Positions 17,620 through 27,159 are shown, numbered from the stretch's first letter. The stretch is 32,000 nucleotides of DNA from Mycolicibacterium smegmatis (GCF_001457595.1 NZ_LN831039.1:1650001-1682000); one strand, 5' to 3'. Numbers and translations are program-made. The notes: generated by a model not told the origin, from the sequence alone.

Positions 17620-19140
17620 CTACTTCATGGTCGGGATGACGAACTCGGCGCCATCCTTGATTCCGGACGGCCACCGCTCGGTGACGGTCTTGGTCTTGGT
17701 GTAGAACTGGATCGAGGCCGGTCCGTGCTGGTTGAGATCGCCGAAGCCGGAACGCTTCCAGCCGCCGAAGGTGTGGTAGGCCACCGGAACCGGGATCGGC
17801 ACGTTCACGCCGACCATGCCCACCTGGACCCGCGAGACGAAGTCGCGGGCGGCGTCGCCGTCACGCGTGAAGATCGCCACGCCGTTGCCGTATTCGTGCT
17901 TGGTGGGCAGGCTCAGCGCCTCTTCGTAGTCGTGCGCGCGCACGATGCACAGCACCGGGCCGAAGATCTCGTCGGTGTAGATCGACATGTCGGTCTTGAC
18001 GTGGTCGAACAGGGTGGGGCCGATGAAATAGCCGCCCTCGAGGCTCTGATCGTCGAACGTGAGTTCGTCGGTGGCGCGTTCACGGCCGTCGACCACCAGT
18101 TCGGCGCCGGCCTCGACACCCTGGCCGATGTAGTCCTTGACGCGGTTGAGCGCGGCCTCGGTGACCAGCGGGCCGTAGTCGGCCTTGGGGTCGAGGCTGT
18201 GGCCGACGCGCAGCTGCTTGACGCGCTCGATGAGCCTGGCGCGCAACCGGTTTGCGGTTTCCTCGCCCACCGGAACCGCGACGCTGATGGCCATGCAACG
18301 CTCGCCGGCGGAGCCGTAGCCCGCGCCGATCAACGCATCGACGGCCTGGTCGAGATCGGCGTCGGGCATGATGATCATGTGGTTCTTCGCGCCGCCGAAG
18401 CACTGCGAGCGCTTACCGTGGGCGGCCGCGGTCGAGTAGATGTACTGCGCGATGTCGGAGCTGCCGACGAAGCCCACGGCCTGCACGGTCGGGTGCGTGA
18501 GGATCGCGTCGACGGCTTCCTTGTCACCCTGCACGACCTGGAAGACGCCCGGCGGCAGACCGGCCTCGATGAACAGCTCGGCCAGGCGCACCGGCACCGA
18601 TGGGTCACGCTCAGAAGGCTTGAGGATGAAGGCGTTTCCGCATGCGAGCGCGGGGCCGGCCTTCCACAGCGGGATCATGGCCGGGAAGTTGAAGGGCGTG
18701 ATCCCCGCGACGACGCCGAGGGGCTGACGGATCGAGTAGACGTCGATACCGGTGCCCGCGCCCTCGGTGAACTCGCCCTTGAGCAGGTGCGGGATGCCGA
18801 CGGCGAACTCGATGACCTCGATGCCGCGCTGGATGTCGCCCAGCGAGTCGGCGACGGTCTTGCCGTGCTCGATCGAGAGCAGTCGGGCCAGCTCATCGGC
18901 GTTCTGGTTCACCAGGTCGATGAACTTCATGAGTACGCGGGCGCGGCGCTGCGGGTTGTAGGCGGCCCACTCCTTCTGCGCCTCGGCGGCGCCGGTGACC
19001 GCGGCGTCGACGTCTGCTGCTGAGGCCAGCAGCACCTGAGCCTGCACCTCGCCGGTGCTGGGGTTCATCACGTCGGCGGTACGGGTCGAGCCCGCGCTGG
19101 TGCGCCGGCCGTTGATGAAGTGCTGGATCTGTGTGGTCAT
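17620..19140 (-). CDS. mmsA: Methylmalonate-semialdehyde dehydrogenase (CoA-acylating)
   Basis: 506 aa; HFINGRRTSAGSTRTADVMNPSTGEV, GVVAGITPFNFPAMIPLWK, QCFGGAKNHMIIMPDADLD, GSAGERCMAISVAV. Confidence 0.94.
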   Translation of the reverse strand: MTTQIQHFINGRRTSAGSTRTADVMNPSTGEVQAQVLLASAADVDAAVTGAAEAQKEWAAYNPQRRARVLMKFIDLVNQNADELARLLSIEHGKTVADSLGDIQRGIEVIEFAVGIPHLLKGEFTEGAGTGIDVYSIRQPLGVVAGITPFNFPAMIPLWKAGPALACGNAFILKPSERDPSVPVRLAELFIEAGLPPGVFQVVQGDKEAVDAILTHPTVQAVGFVGSSDIAQYIYSTAAAHGKRSQCFGGAKNHMIIMPDADLDQAVDALIGAGYGSAGERCMAISVAVPVGEETANRLRARLIERVKQLRVGHSLDPKADYGPLVTEAALNRVKDYIGQGVEAGAELVVDGRERATDELTFDDQSLEGGYFIGPTLFDHVKTDMSIYTDEIFGPVLCIVRAHDYEEALSLPTKHEYGNGVAIFTRDGDAARDFVSRVQVGMVGVNVPIPVPVAYHTFGGWKRSGFGDLNQHGPASIQFYTKTKTVTERWPSGIKDGAEFVIPTMK

Positions 19141-19194
19141 GACATCCGTCCAAAAGAGGGTGTGCGCGGTGATATCGCTCGGTGTGATCCGAGA

Positions 19195-19212
19195 TACTTG
19201 GATATCCTAGTA
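19195..19212. promoter_or_regulatory. Near-perfect 18-bp palindrome, candidate operator
   Basis: TACTtGGATATCCtAGTA; only the lower-case pair is asymmetric; lies between divergent mmsA and monooxygenase genes. Confidence 0.5.
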
Positions 19213-19270
19213 ATTCGTCGGAGGGTTTGGCAATAGCCCCTCGGTGCGCCCGGGGCGACGCCCTTTAAAT

Positions 19271-19282
19271 TACGGAACCGTA
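19271..19282. promoter_or_regulatory. Inverted repeat just upstream of the monooxygenase gene, candidate TetR operator
   Basis: TACGG-aa-CCGTA, 17 nt before ATG 19300. Confidence 0.45.
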
Positions 19283-19299
19283 TCGTTATTATTTTGTCC

Positions 19300-20805
19300 A
19301 TGGCAGCCACCGATTGCGACGTGATCGTCGTGGGCGCCGGGCCGACCGGCCTGACCCTCGCGTGTTCCCTGCGCCTGCACGGACTTTCAGTTCGTGTGCT
19401 CGACGGCGCGGCAGGCCCCGCGACGACCTCGCGTGCGAACTTCCTGCACGCACGCGGTTCGGAGGTGCTCAACCGGATCGGAGCCCTTGGCCCGCTGCCG
19501 GACGAGTCCCTGCGGGCCATGCGCATCACCAACTACCTCGGTGACCGACCGGTGATGACGCTGGCTTTCGGCGATCCCGGCATGCGCACGGCCGCACCAC
19601 CCATGGTGGTGTCACAGGCCAGGGTCGAAGCCGCGCTGCGGGCCCGGCTTGCCCGGCTCGGGGTGGAACCCGAGTGGGGCAGGAAGGTGGCCGGTGTCCG
19701 GCAGGCCGGGGACCGGGTGGTCGCCGATCTCGCCGACGGTGTGCAGGTGAGCGGACAGTGGCTCGTCGGGTGCGACGGCACGTCGAGCGTCACGCGGGAG
19801 CAGGTGGGCATTCCGTTTCCCGGCGTCAAACTGTCGGAACGTTTTCTGCTGGCCGACATCCACCTCGACTGGGCGGTGGACCGCGGCGGGACCACCGGCT
19901 GGATCCATCCCGATGGCGTGGTCGGCGCGATGCCGATGCCGAGCGGGGACGGCCGCAACGACCTGTGGCGCCTGTTCGTCTACGACCCCGCGCTCAACCG
20001 AAAGCCCAGCGACAGTGAGATCCTGCAGCGCATCGAACAGATCGTCCCGTACCGCACCGGCCGCGCCATCACGATCGGGCAGCCGGAATGGTTGTCGATG
20101 TTCACCGTGCACCGCCGCCTGGCCCAGTCATATCGGCGCGGACGCGTGCTCATCGCAGGCGACGCCGCGCACGCCCACGCGCCGTTCGGCGGGCAGGGAA
20201 TGCTGACCGGCATCGGAGACGCCGAGAACCTCGCGTTCAAGCTTGCACTCGTGATCCGCGGACTCGCGGCCGATGCCCTGATCGACACCTACGAGGCCGA
20301 ACGCAGACCTCTGGCCACCGAGGTGCTCCGCGGTACCAGCGCGATCACGCGGGTCAACGTCGCGAGCAATCCGGTCGGCCGGTTCCTGCGCGACCGGGTG
20401 GCCACCCGGATCTTCGGGCTGCCCTTCGTTCAACGGTGGACCACCTACACGGCGTCGCAGCTGTGGGTCAGTTACCGCAAGGGCCCGCTCGGCGGACACG
20501 GGCGCAAGCCGCGTCCCGGTGACCGGATCGACGACCGGCCCTGCACCCGCGCCGACGGCGCCGCCACCAGGCTGCACAACGAACTCGCCGGGCGCTGGGC
20601 GCTGCTGTGGCCGCGAGACGCCCCGGCCCCTGGTGCATCCCTACTCGCCCGGCTCGGTGACTTCGGCGTGACGCTGCGGCACGACGGGGCCGAAGCCATG
20701 CTGATCCGCCCCGATGCGCACCTCGCGTGGCGTGGCGCCCCCGACGACACCGCTGGTCTCGACCATTGGCTGGCAAAGGCTTTGGGCTCCGGGGCGGTGC
20801 GATGA
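19300..20805 (+). CDS. FAD-dependent aromatic monooxygenase/hydroxylase (PHBH fold)
   Basis: CDVIVVGAGPTGLTLACSLRLHGLSVRVLD (FAD), WLVGCDG, LIAGDAAHAHAPFGGQGMLTGIGDAENLAFKLAL. ATG 19300 chosen over track TTG 19294. Confidence 0.92.
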   Translation: MAATDCDVIVVGAGPTGLTLACSLRLHGLSVRVLDGAAGPATTSRANFLHARGSEVLNRIGALGPLPDESLRAMRITNYLGDRPVMTLAFGDPGMRTAAPPMVVSQARVEAALRARLARLGVEPEWGRKVAGVRQAGDRVVADLADGVQVSGQWLVGCDGTSSVTREQVGIPFPGVKLSERFLLADIHLDWAVDRGGTTGWIHPDGVVGAMPMPSGDGRNDLWRLFVYDPALNRKPSDSEILQRIEQIVPYRTGRAITIGQPEWLSMFTVHRRLAQSYRRGRVLIAGDAAHAHAPFGGQGMLTGIGDAENLAFKLALVIRGLAADALIDTYEAERRPLATEVLRGTSAITRVNVASNPVGRFLRDRVATRIFGLPFVQRWTTYTASQLWVSYRKGPLGGHGRKPRPGDRIDDRPCTRADGAATRLHNELAGRWALLWPRDAPAPGASLLARLGDFGVTLRHDGAEAMLIRPDAHLAWRGAPDDTAGLDHWLAKALGSGAVR

Positions 20806-21401
20806 CCGGGCCTGGTCGTGGCCGGCCCCGCGATGCCGAGGCCGACCGCGCGATCCTGCAGGCCGCGCTGGAGGTGTTCATCGAGCGCGGCGTGGAAGGC
20901 TCCAGCATCGAACAGATCGCCAGGCGCGCGGGGGTGGGAAAGCCCACCGTCTACCGGCGCTGGTCGTCCAAAGAGGATCTGATCGCCGCCGCCATGGAGA
21001 CGCTGGTCGCCGAGGAGGTCCTGTGGGCCTCACCGGAGGCGATCGAGAGGCAGTCCCCGCATGTGCTCGTCGAGGCCGCGATCGAGAGCGCCGCCGCCAC
21101 CACGGCCACACCGTCCTACCGGGCGCTGGTCGCGCGTGTGTACGGTTCCGCCGTGAGCCATCCGGGTTTGATGGCCGTGTACTGGGATCGCTACATCCTG
21201 CCGCGCCGCGCGCAGGCCAGGCGGCTTCTGGAACGGGCCCGTGAGCTCGGAACCGTCTCCGAGGACACCGATCTCGACGTGGCCATCGACATGATGGTCG
21301 GTGCCATCACCTACCGCGTACTGCAGCCGGATCCGCCCGACGTCGACGGGATGCGCCGGTATCTGCGCGCCGTCTACCGACAGATAGGGCTGCTTTCCTG
21401 A
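20802..21401 (+). CDS. TetR family transcriptional regulator
   Basis: RGRPRDAEADRAILQAALEVFIERGVEGSSIEQIARRAGVGKPTVYRRWSSKEDLI HTH; ATGA overlap with the monooxygenase ORF; track start at 20727 is an over-extension. Confidence 0.92.
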   Translation: MTGPGRGRPRDAEADRAILQAALEVFIERGVEGSSIEQIARRAGVGKPTVYRRWSSKEDLIAAAMETLVAEEVLWASPEAIERQSPHVLVEAAIESAAATTATPSYRALVARVYGSAVSHPGLMAVYWDRYILPRRAQARRLLERARELGTVSEDTDLDVAIDMMVGAITYRVLQPDPPDVDGMRRYLRAVYRQIGLLS

Positions 21402-21685
21402 GTCCTGAACTGCTACCGTCGACAGCGGTGCGCCGGGAAGCCTGGTCGGCAAGAGTTGGTTCTTCGACCAGGGAGGGCACCGATGGGTGTGTCAGTGGAG
21501 CGGACGGCGGTCGGTCCGACGCTGATCTGCCGCCGTACTGGGCGGCCAAGGCGTTCTGGGTCGCGAGCGCGTACGGCACCTGGTGGCACTATCTCGTGGT
21601 CGGCGCGGTGTACAACGTCGTCGTCGCATGGCCGTTGTTCCGGAGGTTCCAGGCCAGACACGGGTGAGCACGCCGAACCGGACTT

Positions 21686-22564
21686 TCAGGCCAGTGGTTC
21701 GGCCGGTCCGGTGTGTGCGGTGCGCACCGCGCCGATGCTCGCCGCGGTCACCAGCGCCACCCCGAGATAGCCCAGCGTGCCGATCTGCTGGCCGAGCACC
21801 ATCAGACCCGCGAGGGCGGCCACAACGGGGGACAGGCTGGTCAGCACGGCAAACACCGAGGGATGCAGATGCCGCAGCGACAGCAACTCCAACGAGTACG
21901 GCACCAGCGAACTCAGCACCGACACCGACACGGCGAGGACGATCACATCGAAACGCAGGGCGCCGGCGAAGTCGACGAGAAGCAGTGCGAACGGCGTGAG
22001 GGCCAGGGCCCCGAGGCCGGTGGCCAGTGCGAGTCCGTCGATGCGCCGGAACTGTGCCGCGGTGCGCGACGACGCGAGGATGTAGCCGGCCCAACTCGCC
22101 CCGGCGACGGCGGCGAAACCGAACCCCGCGGCGTCGAGGCGGCCGTCGTCGTGCCGGGTCAAACCCAGCATGGCCACGCCGGCGAGGGCGAGCACCGCCC
22201 ACAGCCAGGCGACACGCCGGGTGCTCGCCGCCACCGAAAGAATCAGCGGGCCAAGGACTTCGATGGTGACGGCGATGCCGAGCGGGATGCGCGCGATCGC
22301 GCAGTAGAAGCTGAAGTTCATCACGACCAGCGTGGTGGCCAGCGCCAGTGCCGACAGCCAGGCCCGCCCGGACACCCCGCGCAGGCGGGGTCGCACGGCC
22401 GCACACAGGATCACGCCGGCCACGGCGAACCTGGTGAACACCGCGCCCAGTGTGCCGAGCGTCGCGAACAGTCCGACGGCGAACGCCGCGCCGACCTCCT
22501 GGCTGATCGACGCCACGACCACCAGGACCGCGGCGCCGGCCGGGCGTCGCGGACCTTCCGTCAC
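21686..22564 (-). CDS. EamA/RhaT-like (DMT superfamily) transporter
   Basis: From GTG 22564: about ten hydrophobic segments; LFATLGTLGAVFTRFAVAGVIL, VTIEVLGPLILSV, SSLVPYSLELLSLRHLHPSVFAVLTSLSPVVAALAGLMVLGQQI. Confidence 0.88.
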   Translation of the reverse strand: MTEGPRRPAGAAVLVVVASISQEVGAAFAVGLFATLGTLGAVFTRFAVAGVILCAAVRPRLRGVSGRAWLSALALATTLVVMNFSFYCAIARIPLGIAVTIEVLGPLILSVAASTRRVAWLWAVLALAGVAMLGLTRHDDGRLDAAGFGFAAVAGASWAGYILASSRTAAQFRRIDGLALATGLGALALTPFALLLVDFAGALRFDVIVLAVSVSVLSSLVPYSLELLSLRHLHPSVFAVLTSLSPVVAALAGLMVLGQQIGTLGYLGVALVTAASIGAVRTAHTGPAEPLA

Positions 22565-23172
22565 GCCGTCACCGGAAGCGTTGCACCCGTGGCCATCTCG
22601 GCATAGCCGCGCATGAGTCGCAGGGCCGTCTCGCGGTCCAGGTCGGGATCGCGCGCGACGATGCGGTAGCCCAGGTAGTCCTCCATGGCCATGAGCGTCA
22701 TCGCGACGTCGCGCGCGGGGGACCGGAGCTCGAACGCCCCGGCGCGCGCACCGCCGTCGAGGATGTCTGTGTACAGCCCCACCTGACGGTGGTAGATGTG
22801 CTGGACGTCGCGACGTTGGTCCAGCTCGAACCCGGCGGCCAGCACAGCGCGCCAGATCGCGCGCCATTCGGCGTCCTCCGGCCCGGTCGGCAGCCCGGCG
22901 CCGATGGTCAGGGCGAGCTGGGCGCACGGATCGTCGATGCGCTCCACGACCGCGAGACGGTCGTCGTAGAACCGCGTATCGGAACGCTGTGCCAGCTCGG
23001 AGAGCAGCTGGTCCATCTCCTTGAAGTAGTAGCGCACGGCGTTGGGGGTCAGGCCGAGCTCGGCGGCCACGTCGGCGATGCGCAGCGTGGCGAGGTCGTG
23101 TCGCTCGATCAGGGCGATGGCGGCGTCGAGGATCTCCTCGCGCCGCTGCGCCTGTCGATTGGGTCTGCCCAC
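22561..23172 (-). CDS. TetR family transcriptional regulator
   Basis: GRPNRQAQRREEILDAAIALIERHDLATLRIADVAAELGLTPNAVRYYFKEMDQLLSELAQRSD; GTG 23172; 4-nt overlap with the EamA gene. Confidence 0.88.
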   Translation of the reverse strand: MGRPNRQAQRREEILDAAIALIERHDLATLRIADVAAELGLTPNAVRYYFKEMDQLLSELAQRSDTRFYDDRLAVVERIDDPCAQLALTIGAGLPTGPEDAEWRAIWRAVLAAGFELDQRRDVQHIYHRQVGLYTDILDGGARAGAFELRSPARDVAMTLMAMEDYLGYRIVARDPDLDRETALRLMRGYAEMATGATLPVTA

Positions 23173-23275
23173 CTGTCCATAGTTACCGATTTCGCTCCAG
23201 CTCTTGCGCGCGGCGCCGCCGGGCCGCATTATTTTCCAAACGTGAAAAAAACTTATCGGCAGATCCGGAGAACTT

Positions 23276-24385
23276 GTGGCTGACAGTCCGCGCAAACGCG
23301 TCCGCGACCTCGGCGTCGTCGTCGGCGAACACCCGACCGGCCCGTACAACGCGATCACCGATGTGGCGGGCGTCCGCGTCGGCCACACCACCATCCAGGA
23401 CGGTGCCGCGGTCAACACGGGCGTCACGGTCGTCGTCCCGCACGACGACATCTGGGGTGAACCGGTGTTCGCAGGCGCGCACCGCCTCAACGGCAGCGGA
23501 GAGATGACCGGGCTGGAGTGGATCCGCGAATCCGGCGAGCTCACCACGGCCATCGGGCTGACCAACACCCACAGCGCCGGCGTCGTGCGCGACGCCCTCG
23601 TCGATGCGCAGGTCGCCGCGCGCGGCGACGGCCTGTACTGGTCGCTCCCGGTGGTCGGGGAGACCTACGACGGTCTGCTCAACGACATCAACGGCCATCA
23701 CGTGCGAGCCGAACACGTCCACGCCGCGCTCGCCGCCGCTTGTGACGGCCCGGTCGCCGAGGGCAACGTCGGCGGCGGAACCGGCATGATCTGCCACGGC
23801 TTCAAGGGCGGCATCGGCACCGCGTCGCGGGTCACCGACACCGCGGCGGGCCGTTACACCGTGGGTGTGCTGGTGCAGGCCAACCACGGACGTCGGGAAC
23901 GGTTGCGGGTCAACGGTGTTCCGGTGGGCGAGGTGATCGGCCCCGAGGCGGTGCCCCTGCCGGAGATGCCGCGGGCGTACGAGCCCGGATCGGGATCGAT
24001 CATCGTCATCGTCGCCACCGACGCGCCGCTGCTGCCGCACCAGTGTGCGCGGTTGGCGCAGCGGTCGGCGCTGGCCGTCGGGCGCCTCGGCGGCACGGGC
24101 GAGCAGTACAGCGGCGATCTGATGCTCGCGTTCTCCACCGGCAACCGCGGCATCCCGCCGTACGCGTGGGACGAGAACGTCGACACCGAGCGTCCGGAGA
24201 TCGACGTGCGCATGGTCGCCCCTCAGCTCATGACCCGTCTGTTCGACCTCACGATCGAGGCCACCGAGGAGGCCATCCTCAACGTCCTCGTCACCGCCGA
24301 AACCCTCACCGGTCGCGACGGCCGCACCGCACATGCCCTCGACCACAAACTGTTCCGCACCGCACTTCTCCTGGAGGACCACTGA
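23276..24385 (+). CDS. P1-family peptidase (DmpA/beta-peptidyl aminopeptidase-like, N-terminal nucleophile hydrolase)
   Basis: 369 aa; GPYNAITDVAGVRVGHTTI, EGNVGGGTGMICHGFKGGIGTASRV, GSGSIIVIVATDAPLLPHQCARLAQRSALAVGRLGGTGEQYSGDLMLAFSTGN. Confidence 0.9.
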   Translation: MADSPRKRVRDLGVVVGEHPTGPYNAITDVAGVRVGHTTIQDGAAVNTGVTVVVPHDDIWGEPVFAGAHRLNGSGEMTGLEWIRESGELTTAIGLTNTHSAGVVRDALVDAQVAARGDGLYWSLPVVGETYDGLLNDINGHHVRAEHVHAALAAACDGPVAEGNVGGGTGMICHGFKGGIGTASRVTDTAAGRYTVGVLVQANHGRRERLRVNGVPVGEVIGPEAVPLPEMPRAYEPGSGSIIVIVATDAPLLPHQCARLAQRSALAVGRLGGTGEQYSGDLMLAFSTGNRGIPPYAWDENVDTERPEIDVRMVAPQLMTRLFDLTIEATEEAILNVLVTAETLTGRDGRTAHALDHKLFRTALLLEDH

Positions 24386-25809
24386 TGAGCGCCAACGCCC
24401 CCACCTCCGACGATCAAGGCGATCTACGCGACGAGCAGCGCCTGCACGGCAGGCTCGGCCCCATCGGGGTCGTGTTCATGGTGGTCGCGGCCGCCGCGCC
24501 GCTCACCGTCATCGGCGGCAACATGCCCCTGGGCATGGGTCTCGGCAACGGCGCCGGAGCGCCGGTCGGGTTCCTCATCGCCGCACTGGTGCTGCTGCTG
24601 TTCAGCATCGGTTTCGTCGCGATGACCCCGTACGTGCCGGAGGCCGGTGCGTTCTTCTCGTACGTGACGCTGGGCCTGGGCAGGCGTCTGGGCAGTGGCA
24701 TCGCCGCGGTCGCGCTGATCGCCTACACCGCGATCCAGGTGGGCATCTACGGCTACATCGGCTGGGCCATCGACGACACCGTGCGCTTCTACGGTGGACC
24801 GGAGATACCCTGGCCCGTCTACTCTTTCGCGACACTGGCGATAGTGGCGGTGCTCGGCTACCGCCATATCGAACTGTCTGCGAAGGTGCTCGGCGTCGCC
24901 CTCGCACTCGAGATCGGCATCGTGGTCCTGCTCGACCTGGTGATCGTCGCGAACCCGGGACCGGCCGGCCTGACGTTGTCGTCGTTCACACCCGGTGTGT
25001 TCACCGACGGCGTGCTGGGCATCGCGGTGTTGTTCGCGCTCACCGGGTTCATCGGTTTCGAGGCCACCGCGGTGTTCCGCGACGAGGCCCGCGACCCCGA
25101 ACGCACCATCCCGCGCGCGACGTACGCGGCCGTGCTGATCATCGGCGGCTTCTACGCGTTGACCTGCTGGGCGTTCGTCGTCGCGATCGGACCGGATCAG
25201 GTCGCCGAGGTGGCCCAGCGCACCCTCGACGGCGAGGCGAACATGCTGCTGGACACCACGGGTGACAATCTGGGGCGCATCGGCCGTGACGTGGTCAACG
25301 TGCTGTTGCTGACCAGCCTGTTCGCGTGCGTGCTGTCGTTCCACAACGTGATCGCGCGCTACCAGTTCGCGCTGGCCCGAAAAGGCCTGCTGCCCAAGCC
25401 TTTGGCCACCGTGCACCCGAGCCACGGGTCACCCTCGGTGTCGTCGCTGGTGCAGACCGCGACCGCGGCGGTGATCGTCGCGATCCTCGCGGCGCTGGGC
25501 ATCGATCCCCTGGTGGGCGTGTTCGGGTCGATGGCGGGCGTGGCGACCGTCGGCATGGTCCTGTTGATGCTGACGACGTCGGTCGCCGTCCTGGTGTTCT
25601 TCGCGCGGCACGCGGATCTCGCGAGCGGGCGGGTGTGGCAGACGCGCATCGCGCCGGTGCTCGCGTGCCTGGGCCTGGTGGGTGCCCTGCTGCTGGTGCT
25701 CACCAACTTCACGCTGGTGACCGGGGGCAGCGCCACGGTCAGCGCGATCCTGGCCGCGGTGCCGTTCGTGGGCCTGCTCGCCGGCGCGGCCCGGCGACCG
25801 CGCGACTGA
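24385..25809 (+). CDS. APC superfamily amino acid permease
   Basis: From ATG 24385 (MSANAPTSDDQGDLRDEQRLHGRLGPIGVVFMVVAAAAPLTVIGGNMPLGMGLG); GFIGFEATAVFRDEARDPERTIPRATY; many TM segments; TGATG overlap with peptidase stop. Confidence 0.92.
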   Translation: MSANAPTSDDQGDLRDEQRLHGRLGPIGVVFMVVAAAAPLTVIGGNMPLGMGLGNGAGAPVGFLIAALVLLLFSIGFVAMTPYVPEAGAFFSYVTLGLGRRLGSGIAAVALIAYTAIQVGIYGYIGWAIDDTVRFYGGPEIPWPVYSFATLAIVAVLGYRHIELSAKVLGVALALEIGIVVLLDLVIVANPGPAGLTLSSFTPGVFTDGVLGIAVLFALTGFIGFEATAVFRDEARDPERTIPRATYAAVLIIGGFYALTCWAFVVAIGPDQVAEVAQRTLDGEANMLLDTTGDNLGRIGRDVVNVLLLTSLFACVLSFHNVIARYQFALARKGLLPKPLATVHPSHGSPSVSSLVQTATAAVIVAILAALGIDPLVGVFGSMAGVATVGMVLLMLTTSVAVLVFFARHADLASGRVWQTRIAPVLACLGLVGALLLVLTNFTLVTGGSATVSAILAAVPFVGLLAGAARRPRD

Positions 25810-25815
25810 CGCGGG

Positions 25816-26412
25816 TCACCGGGCCCGCAGTCCGGCCAGCGCGGACTCGACGGTACGGGCGATGCGCCCGCGTTGGTCGGCACCCGCGCGGGAGAGCACC
25901 TGCAGCCCGTTGAGCACGGTCGTCAGAAGCGTTGCCGTCGAACTGATTTCGCTGTCATCGCACAGGCGGGTGTCGAGGTCGCCCTCGGCGCGCGCCCGCA
26001 GCAGCGCATCGCGGAACACCGTCTCCATGCGTTCGCGGTTGCGTTCGAGTCGCGCGCCGATCTCCGGGTCGGTGTCACCGTGCTCGACCGTGGCGTTGAC
26101 CGAGAAGCACCCCGGCGGCAGGCCCTGATCGGGTTGTCGCGCAGCCGACTCCAGCAGGGCCCGCACAGCGTCGAGCCCCGATGCCGCCGATGCGACGAGC
26201 TGTGCCGGGTCGCCGCCACCGGTGAGGTACCGGTCCAGCGCGGCCAGGTAGAGGCCCCGCTTGGAACCGTATGTGCCGTAGAGGCTGGCGCGGGCGATAC
26301 CCAGTTCGGTCACCAGATCCTCGGTCGACGTGTGCGCGTAGCCGCTGCGCCAGAACACCCGCATCGCGGTGTCCAGTGCGACGTCCGGATCGAACTCCTT
26401 GTGACGGGCCAT
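25816..26412 (-). CDS. TetR family transcriptional regulator
   Basis: 198 aa; HKEFDPDVALDTAMRVFWRSGYAHTSTEDLVTELGIARASLYGTYGSKRGLYLAALDRYL. Confidence 0.93.
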   Translation of the reverse strand: MARHKEFDPDVALDTAMRVFWRSGYAHTSTEDLVTELGIARASLYGTYGSKRGLYLAALDRYLTGGGDPAQLVASAASGLDAVRALLESAARQPDQGLPPGCFSVNATVEHGDTDPEIGARLERNRERMETVFRDALLRARAEGDLDTRLCDDSEISSTATLLTTVLNGLQVLSRAGADQRGRIARTVESALAGLRAR

Positions 26413-26416
26413 GTGC

Positions 26417-26444
26417 CAATTCTAGATCGATCAGTCTAGAATTG
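26417..26444. promoter_or_regulatory. Perfect palindromic operator between divergent TetR and nitroreductase genes
   Basis: CAATTCTAGA-tcgatcag-TCTAGAATTG, perfect 10-bp arms, 8-nt spacer, 5 nt from the TetR start codon. Confidence 0.8.
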
Positions 26445-26464
26445 GGGGCGAAGGGGGAAATGAC

Positions 26465-27159
26465 ATGGTCGAAGGGGAGAAGCGGCTCGGATTGACCGCC
26501 GATGAGGTGCTGACGACGACGCGCGCGGTGCGCAAGCGACTCGACTACTCACGGCCCGTGCCGCGCGAACTGGTCACCGAATGCGTCCGCATCGCCACGC
26601 AGGCGCCCAGTGGGCGCAACCGTCAGCGCTGGGACTTCGTCGTGGTCGACGATCCGCGCCTGCGGTCGCGGGTCGCCGAGATCTGGCGTCGCGGGCTGTT
26701 CGCCGGGGTGCCCGGAACGGGTGGCAGGCATGAGGTCAGCCGCATGACGTCGCCCGAGGAGTGGCGCCGCATCGCCGCGGGTCTCGATCACCTGGCCGCA
26801 CACCTGCACGAGGCGCCGATGCTGTTGATCCCGTGTGTGCGCGTCGCATCACGACGCGAATTGGCGACGGTGCGCGGACAGGCCGGCGCGTGGGGTTCGG
26901 TGCTGCCTGCGGTGTGGAGCTTCATGCTCGCCGCCCGCGAACGTGGGCTCGGAACAGCCTGGACCACATGTCATCTCAGTTACGAGCTGGAGATGGCGGA
27001 GCTTCTGGGGATCGACGCCGACCATGTGGTGCAGGCCGCGCTCACCCCCGTCGCCTTCACCCGCGGCACCGAATTCCGGCCCGGTCCCCGTGCCGATCAC
27101 CGCGATTTCCTGCACTGGAACACCTGGGACGGGCGCAGCCGTGCGGGCCGGAAAACCGG

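Noticed and set aside
16534-19023. 829-aa plus-strand open frame antisense to mmsA and the acyl-CoA dehydrogenase
   Set aside because: Arg/Gly/Val/His-rich translation with no motifs, mirrors real minus-strand genes; typical GC-rich antisense ORF.
20727-20801. N-terminal extension of the TetR ORF into the monooxygenase gene
   Set aside because: ATG 20802 gives a standard TetR N-terminus with ATGA coupling.
23183-24382. 399-aa minus-strand ORF antisense to the P1 peptidase gene
   Set aside because: No recognisable motifs; sense strand encodes a clear DmpA-family protein.
24043-24384. N-terminal extension of the APC permease ORF (track start 24043)
   Set aside because: Extension overlaps the peptidase in another frame and is Arg/His-rich; ATG 24385 begins a normal permease N-terminus.
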